Assembly (NCBI GenBank): GCA_043804965.1
Contig: JAZDIO010000219.1
Span: forward strand, 1-50,974
Direction: 5' to 3'
DNA length: 50,974 nucleotides
From: Candidatus Firestoneibacteriota bacterium
Lineage (GTDB): Bacteria > Oederibacteriota > D2-FULL-39-29
This document shows positions 45,808-50,974 of this stretch, one piece after another; the stretch's first letter is position 1; every line of letters begins with the position of its first letter. The position numbers were made by a program, and so were the translations under genes. The notes under the pieces are model-generated. The model saw only the letters and a list, made by a program, of their open reading frames with translations. It was not told where the DNA came from and made no database searches.

Positions 45808-46842
45808 ATGCTGGTTGATTTTACAGGTAGAACAGGAGAAATAATAAGGAATAATTATAAATATTTTATTATTCCTCTTGGTTTTTTGTTCCTTTTTTGG
45901 TCCGGTTTTGTTATTCTCAGTATCTATGAAAGTCCGGTTGCTTTTGAACACAAAAGAACGGCTGTTATATATTCAGCGGAAGAGACGGAAAAAACGCTGA
46001 AAGAGTTGACGGAAAAAGGTTATACTAAAAACCTCGGGCCTTATTATGAGGAAGTCCGAGCTCGTATTCTTGCCAGGCAGCTTGGAATAATGAAATACCG
46101 CTTAAAAGCAAATGACAATCTCTGGACTTTGGCGAAGTATTATAATATAAATATAGACAGTATTGTCGGAGCAAATTCTCACCTTAAATCGCTCACAAAG
46201 TTAAGATTAAATCAGGAAATAATAATAATAAGCGCAAAGGGAGTTTTGCACCGGACAAAAGAAAAAGAAACTGTTAAAAGCATTGCTTTGCTTTACGGGG
46301 TAACTGAAGGAAAACTACAGGATGGTAATGATCTGTCAAGGGGTATAAAAGAAGGAGATTATATTTTTGTTCCCGGAGCGGAACCTGCGGATATGACCGA
46401 AGAGATGAAAGCTCAATACGCTTTAACTAAGTTCTTTGGCTCTCCGATTCTTAAAGGAATCAGCGGAGCAAGAAAATATACCTCACCTATGCGGATTCGA
46501 AGAGACCCCTTTACCGGGGAAAAATCTTTTCATGACGGTTTGGATATAAAGGCGTTTGCTGGAGATAAGATATGCGCGGTAGCTTCCGGCACGGTGGTTT
46601 TTTCAGGAGAAAACGGCGGGTTTGGTTTTATGGTTAAGATAAAACATGATAACGGATATACGACTTTATACGGGCATAATTCAAAACTCTATGTTGTTTA
46701 CGGACAGAAAGTAAAAAAAGGGCAGATTATCGCTCAAGCAGGGAGTACCGGCCGCTCAACGGGAATACATTTACATTTTACAGTCTGGGATAAAGCCGGA
46801 AAATTGGTGGACCCTGCACTGATGCTGTTTAGAACCAGGTAA
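45808..46842 (+). CDS. Membrane-anchored LysM-LysM-M23 peptidoglycan endopeptidase
   Basis: N-terminal TM helix and two LysM-like repeats (YRLKANDNLWTLAKYYNI..., HRTKEKETVKSIALLYGV...). M23 motifs HDGLDI and HLHFTVW. Confidence 0.8.
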   Translation: MLVDFTGRTGEIIRNNYKYFIIPLGFLFLFWSGFVILSIYESPVAFEHKRTAVIYSAEETEKTLKELTEKGYTKNLGPYYEEVRARILARQLGIMKYRLKANDNLWTLAKYYNINIDSIVGANSHLKSLTKLRLNQEIIIISAKGVLHRTKEKETVKSIALLYGVTEGKLQDGNDLSRGIKEGDYIFVPGAEPADMTEEMKAQYALTKFFGSPILKGISGARKYTSPMRIRRDPFTGEKSFHDGLDIKAFAGDKICAVASGTVVFSGENGGFGFMVKIKHDNGYTTLYGHNSKLYVVYGQKVKKGQIIAQAGSTGRSTGIHLHFTVWDKAGKLVDPALMLFRTR

Positions 46843-46913
46843 CAAAAAATAATAAGTACAAATGACAAGTTACGAAGTACAATATAATGAGGATTGTATA
46901 TAGTTCACCTTGT

Positions 46914-46943
46914 ATTGTAATTTGTCCTTTGTAATTTGTAATT
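46914..46943 (+). promoter_or_regulatory. 30-nt heptad leader box ATTGTAA-TTTGTCC-TTTGTAA-TTTGTAA-TT
   Basis: 28 of 30 nt identical to 7833-7862. It ends 15 nt before the start codon, just upstream of the GGAGG SD. An imperfect inverted heptad arm lies at 46854-46883. Confidence 0.55.
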
Positions 46944-46958
46944 ATATTTGGAGGTAAT

Positions 46959-48035
46959 ATGAAGAGTTGGCTGATTGCTCTTATCGTCGTAACGCTTTTT
47001 CTTTCCTTTGTGGGTTTCTCTAACAGCTTTGTTATGAATTCTGAAATAGGTAAGATACAGGATACTCTTATAGTCATTGACCGGTTGAATAAAGATGTCC
47101 TTACCGAGATAGCTCTGGCAAGAATGGAGTTTTCTCACTATATGACCAATTTTGAAAAGAGCGAGGATTCCGGTGTAAAAAGGCTCAAAGACGCGGGAAA
47201 TAAGGCTTCGAAAGTTCTTGAAATGACGCAGAGTGAGGCGGTAAAAGAGAAAGCAAAAAAGATTCTTGAGCTGATAAATAAGAATATTGAAATTTCTGAA
47301 GAATTTAAAAAAGAAGGCAAGGATGAGATAAAATATATTAAGATGATAAGCATGAAAATTACTCTGGAAAAAGAAACATTTTCTGAAATGTCGGGCCTGA
47401 CTGTGATAATACAAAAAGACATAGATGATAGAGTTAATAATATTAAGCTTGTTTCTTCTAAATTTGTCCTGCTGTCTTTGTTCCTTTTTATTTTTGTAAC
47501 CGGAGGTATTGTTATTACAACTATTGTTTACAGCTTTGTTTCCAGGGAGCAGAATAAGGAGTTAAATTATTATATCAGCCATAATCTGACGGACAGAGAT
47601 ACCGGGTTTTTTAATAAAATGTATTTTCTTGCCCGCTTGAAAGAGCTTCTTAATAAAGCTTCCCGTTTTAAAGAAGCGGTTGCTGTAGTGATGGTAAATA
47701 TTGAACCGGAAGCGGCAAAATCAAATCTCAAAATTGCCTCACTTTGCGCAGCCGGTGAAATAATAAAGAAAGGGACAAGAATTTATGACCTTGTAGCAAG
47801 GTATGATAATACAGTCGCGGTTTTATTGTATAAGGTCGGACAGAAAGAAGTTACAGGAGTGTTGAACCGCATAAAAAAACAGCTGGAGAAAAATGATTTG
47901 CTGGTGGAACATAAGAAGCGGAAACTATTTTTCAGGCAGAAAAATATTCCGGAAAAAGTAAAAATCGCAGTTAGTTTTGACGTTATGAACTACCCTTATG
48001 ACAAAGAGAAAATAGAACTTCTTTTAAAAGGCTGA
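46959..48035 (+). CDS. Membrane sensor with a degenerate (GGDEF-motif-less) diguanylate-cyclase-like domain
   Basis: TM helix, helical periplasmic domain, TM helix. The GGDEF-fold pattern DRDTGFFNKMYFLARL ... VAVVMVNIE ... ARYDNTVAVLL has YDNTV in place of GGDEF. Confidence 0.6.
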   Translation: MKSWLIALIVVTLFLSFVGFSNSFVMNSEIGKIQDTLIVIDRLNKDVLTEIALARMEFSHYMTNFEKSEDSGVKRLKDAGNKASKVLEMTQSEAVKEKAKKILELINKNIEISEEFKKEGKDEIKYIKMISMKITLEKETFSEMSGLTVIIQKDIDDRVNNIKLVSSKFVLLSLFLFIFVTGGIVITTIVYSFVSREQNKELNYYISHNLTDRDTGFFNKMYFLARLKELLNKASRFKEAVAVVMVNIEPEAAKSNLKIASLCAAGEIIKKGTRIYDLVARYDNTVAVLLYKVGQKEVTGVLNRIKKQLEKNDLLVEHKKRKLFFRQKNIPEKVKIAVSFDVMNYPYDKEKIELLLKG

Positions 48036-48061
48036 TAATATAGTACTGTTTTTTTAGAGGA

Positions 48062-48847
48062 TTAGAGTACCAGGTATTTTTTTCCGTCTTTAACATAAGG
48101 TTTTCTCCCATTTTCAAAATATTCTGTCAATAAGTTAAAATTTGCAAGTTCTGTGATATGATTTCCCTCAATATCAGGACCAAAAGTTTCAAGGGCCTTC
48201 CTGCTGGCTTTTAAAATCCTGTTGTCTCCCGACAATACCAGGAAAACAGCAGTTTTTGAATTTAACAAAAGCTCGCATGTCGAGAAAAAGCAATCCTCCT
48301 TTTGACTGACAAAAGCTGTGCCAATACTGTTATTTTTATCTTTAGCCGGGAAAAAGATAAAAATAACAGCAAAAAGAAATATAATGCAGGATGCGCCTGA
48401 TTGCAGCATCAGTGAATCTTTTAAAGGTTGTGCATAGTTGTTGTTTATTTTCAGAATTAATTGATACTCTTTTCCGTCGAACCGGAACTCTTTCCGTTGA
48501 AGCAGTGTTTTTTTCTCTATTTCTGCTGCGGTCAGAAGCAGAGGGGAAGAAATATTAGAATTTATATCCGCTGGATTACTATCTGCAATTACACGCCCCT
48601 TGTGAATAACTGTGACTTTCAGAACCTCGGGCTGCTTCAAGAGGTTCTCTATTGAATTGTTAAGCATTAAGTCATCTTCCGAAACAGCGTATCTTGAAAT
48701 TTCATTTTTAAGCCATTCTGACCGGAGATTTTCGCGTTTCTCATATTCCAGAGATAAAAAACCGTTAACAGTGTGGTTAAAAAGAAGGAAAGTGATGCTT
48801 GTAAATAAAATACAGCTGATTATAAAAAAAATGCCCTTGGTTCTCAT
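48062..48847 (-). CDS. Two-TM membrane protein with a periplasmic domain and a small cytoplasmic PAS-like domain; function unknown
   Basis: TM helices at residues ~6-24 and ~150-168. No recognisable catalytic motif. Confidence 0.4.
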   Translation of the reverse strand: MRTKGIFFIISCILFTSITFLLFNHTVNGFLSLEYEKRENLRSEWLKNEISRYAVSEDDLMLNNSIENLLKQPEVLKVTVIHKGRVIADSNPADINSNISSPLLLTAAEIEKKTLLQRKEFRFDGKEYQLILKINNNYAQPLKDSLMLQSGASCIIFLFAVIFIFFPAKDKNNSIGTAFVSQKEDCFFSTCELLLNSKTAVFLVLSGDNRILKASRKALETFGPDIEGNHITELANFNLLTEYFENGRKPYVKDGKKYLVL

Positions 48848-48873
48848 AAGTTTTCCCCCTTAAGTACCCGTCA

Positions 48874-48902
48874 TTGAATATGAATTATTTCTATGTTATA
48901 AT
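48874..48902 (+). promoter_or_regulatory. Sigma70-type promoter for pilT-2 / AMMECR1
   Basis: TTGAAT (48874-48879), a 17-nt spacer, then TATAAT (48897-48902) preceded by TGT. Confidence 0.55.
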
Positions 48903-48948
48903 ATAACAAAAGTTGTTTTATATAGTCAATGATTGATTCGGAGGATTT

Positions 48949-50046
48949 ATGTTGATAAATGATTTGCTTAATAAGATGGTTGAAAGTAAGGCCTCTGACC
49001 TTCATTTGAAAGTCGGCAGGCCTCCGCTGCTTAGAATTGACGGTAAAATGACACGGGTTGAGCTTCCAGTGCTTACTGAAACAGATATTGAAGAAATGCT
49101 TTTTGCCATGATGAGTCAACGCCAGAGAGTAAAATTTGGAGAAGCAAACAAGATAGACCTGTCATATTCTCCTACAGGTTTGGCCAGGTTTAGAATAAAT
49201 GCTTTTAGGCAAAGGAGTACCATAGAGCTTATCATCAGAATGATCCCTAAAGACATACCGTCTATTGAGGCTCTTATTTTACCGCCGGTGCTTAAGAAAA
49301 TCGCTCTCGAATCCAGGGGGCTTGTCCTTATGACGGGGGCCACCGGCAGCGGAAAATCCACTACCCTGGCTTCATTAGTAAAATATATAAATGATAATCA
49401 GCCCTATCATATTATCACCATAGAGGATCCCATAGAATTTATTCACACGGATAATAAAAGCAGTGTCACCCAGCGTGAGCTGGGAATTGATACCGATTCT
49501 TATGAGGTGGCATTAAAGTATGTTTTAAGGCAGGATCCGGATGTTGTCTTCATAGGAGAAATGAGAGATATTGATACCGTTGGCGCTGCTATTTCAGCGG
49601 GTGAAACGGGACACCTGGTACTTTCGACGCTACATACAATAGATGCGAGTCAGACAATAGACAGGTTGATAGACTTTTATCCGGCTTCCCAGCAAAATCA
49701 GATCCGTAATCAACTGGCGAACATAATAACGGCTATTATTTCCATGCGGCTTATTGAAAAGGCGGACGGAAAAGGGCGTGTTCCTGCCGTGGAGGTGATG
49801 CTGGGTACACCTACAATAAAATCGCTCATCAGAGATAATAAACTTTCTTTAATTAAGTCAATGATACAACAGGGCTTCGCTCAATACGGTATGCAGACTT
49901 TTGATCAGTCGCTTGCGGAGCTTTACAAAAAAGGGCTGATTACTCTTGATAGGGCTTTGGCTGAAGCTACGAGTAAAAATGATTTAAAGCTCTCGTTAAG
50001 CGGAATTATTTCCAGCGTTGATTCTGCCAGGGAACAAATGAAGTAA
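48949..50046 (+). CDS. pilT: Type IV pilus retraction ATPase PilT family (paralogue 2)
   Basis: ASDLHLKVGRPPLLRIDG, Walker A GATGSGKST, ITIEDPIEF, VVFIGEMRD, GHLVLSTLHT. GGAGG SD. Confidence 0.9.
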   Translation: MLINDLLNKMVESKASDLHLKVGRPPLLRIDGKMTRVELPVLTETDIEEMLFAMMSQRQRVKFGEANKIDLSYSPTGLARFRINAFRQRSTIELIIRMIPKDIPSIEALILPPVLKKIALESRGLVLMTGATGSGKSTTLASLVKYINDNQPYHIITIEDPIEFIHTDNKSSVTQRELGIDTDSYEVALKYVLRQDPDVVFIGEMRDIDTVGAAISAGETGHLVLSTLHTIDASQTIDRLIDFYPASQQNQIRNQLANIITAIISMRLIEKADGKGRVPAVEVMLGTPTIKSLIRDNKLSLIKSMIQQGFAQYGMQTFDQSLAELYKKGLITLDRALAEATSKNDLKLSLSGIISSVDSAREQMK

Positions 50047-50056
50047 AGGAATAACA

Positions 50057-50605
50057 ATGGTCTTTACTGCAGAAGAAAAGAAAGTACTCCTTAAGCTTGC
50101 CCGCGATACTATACAGTTTAAGCTTGAGAATAGAAAAAATGTCTGTTTTAGAGAAAAAGGAAAGAACTTTGTCAGGCGTTCCGGCGCTTTTGTAACTCTG
50201 CATACAAAAGACGGCAATCTTCGCGGTTGTATCGGAAATATGGTTTCAGACAAACCTCTCTATAAAACAATAATTGCAATGGCGGAGGAAGCGGCTTTTA
50301 ATGATCCCAGGTTTGCTCCTGTTACCTTGCCGGAATTAAAAGAAATAAAAATAGAAATATCAGTTCTATCCCCTCTTCGGAAAATAAAAAATGCGGTGGA
50401 AATAGAACTTGGGGTGCATGGAGTTCTGGTAAAAAAAGGTCCTTTCTCCGGAGTTTTTTTGCCTCAGGTTGCTGTGGAAACAGGCTGGAGCCTGGAAGAA
50501 TTTATGAATAATCTTTGTTCCGGAAAAGCCGGTCTTTCGGAAGATGCCTGGAAAGACAATAAAACAGATATTTTCATTTTTACTGTGGAAATGATATCAG
50601 AATAA
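50057..50605 (+). CDS. AMMECR1-domain protein (AmmeMemoRadiSam system protein A family)
   Basis: GAFVTLH...LRGCIG motif, 182 aa, 10 nt downstream of pilT-2. Confidence 0.75.
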   Translation: MVFTAEEKKVLLKLARDTIQFKLENRKNVCFREKGKNFVRRSGAFVTLHTKDGNLRGCIGNMVSDKPLYKTIIAMAEEAAFNDPRFAPVTLPELKEIKIEISVLSPLRKIKNAVEIELGVHGVLVKKGPFSGVFLPQVAVETGWSLEEFMNNLCSGKAGLSEDAWKDNKTDIFIFTVEMISE

Positions 50606-50845
50606 CAGGAAAAATAAATTTTATAGGCCGTATTTGTTGTTAGTTCGTACTAATTCACAAAATTAGTGTCATTTTATTAACAGTAAAATCACGATAAATT
50701 GTTATAATATATATTGATAATGCAATAAAAATTGTGTAAAATACTAATGAAAACAGGGTGATGCGGCGGTTGAAATAAGCAAATAAAAGGATTTACCCTG
50801 ATTAAAGAATAGTAGTTAAAGAAAAGAGAGACAAGGGAAACAGAC

Positions 50846-50974
50846 ATGAAAAGGAATGTTGTAATAGCTGTGTTTTGTTTCATAGTTTTTGCTGTAAAAT
50901 TTGCAATCGGATGTCCGGTCGTAAGCGACTGGAATATATCGCCAAGTGTTCAAGCGGTTAATAAGAGCGTGCTA
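50846..50974 (+). CDS. 5' end of a lipoprotein gene cut by the window edge
   Basis: ATG 50846 encodes MKRNVVIAVFCFIVFAVKFAIGCPVV... (signal peptide plus lipobox-like AIGC). Open to the window end. GGGAAACAGAC lies upstream. Confidence 0.35.
   Translation, partial: MKRNVVIAVFCFIVFAVKFAIGCPVVSDWNISPSVQAVNKSVL

Noticed and set aside
50689-50883. 64-aa ORF on the - strand in the AT-rich gap before the last gene
   Set aside because: It overlaps the start and upstream region of a better-supported + strand lipoprotein gene and has no SD. Its hydrophobic, low-complexity translation is typical of AT-rich noise.
1-50974. CRISPR arrays, rRNA genes, IS elements, prophage or defence-system genes
   Set aside because: No regularly spaced repeats of 24-40 nt, no rRNA-like sequence, and no transposase, integrase, phage or nuclease-helicase defence signatures were found by eye in any listed ORF or in the gaps.

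Overview
Visibly AT-rich, very gene-dense window: about 44 CDS, one tRNA, and no rRNA, CRISPR array, transposase or integrase. It is mostly + strand, and many genes are translationally coupled by 4-16 nt start/stop overlaps. The gene content points to an uncultivated diderm bacterium (LolA, CsgG-like lipoproteins, O-antigen ligase, HtrA; class 1B DHODH PyrK/PyrD; GatB). Lineage cannot be assigned without a search.

Layout:
- 1-11 kb: an alpha-oxoamine synthase and an SDR reductase transcribed divergently, a glcD ... glcF-like oxidoreductase cluster interrupted by a URO-D-family gene and a lipoprotein, an orphan LivK-like binding protein, and asnB.
- 11-26 kb: a carB-tatC-betaCASP-pyrK-pyrD chain, a Memo-like gene, pilT-1, tRNA-Thr, a transglutaminase-like gene, gatB and rlmD.
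- 26-36 kb: envelope and division genes (PilZ, HtrA, two lipoproteins including CsgG-like, ftsK, lolA, rodZ, yajQ, a J-protein, O-antigen ligase).
- 36-51 kb: a signalling and orphan-ATPase neighbourhood. It holds two histidine kinases, a CheY-like regulator, a TPR-TM-HEAT protein, a TadZ-like/CpaF fusion ATPase, a FecR/CsgG-fold protein, a LysM-M23 peptidase, a degenerate GGDEF protein, a membrane sensor, pilT-2 and AMMECR1.

Most interesting observations:
1. A structured RNA-like repeat family with compensatory base changes. Two copies bracket the alpha-oxoamine synthase mRNA (5' leader and 3' trailer), and a third truncated copy follows the J-protein gene.
2. A near-identical 30-nt (TTTGTMA)x4 leader box in front of two unrelated genes, plus other heptanucleotide quasi-repeat tracts in intergenic leaders.
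3. A ParA/TadZ-like N-terminal domain fused to CpaF. It is interrupted by a 1-nt frame change in a T5 run and sits behind a promoter positioned for a leaderless AUG.
4. Three PilT/CpaF-family ATPases with no pilin, platform or secretin genes in the window. Each PilT paralogue lies next to one half of the AmmeMemoRadiSam pair.

All family calls come from motifs read by eye. No database search, RNA folding program or statistics were run.
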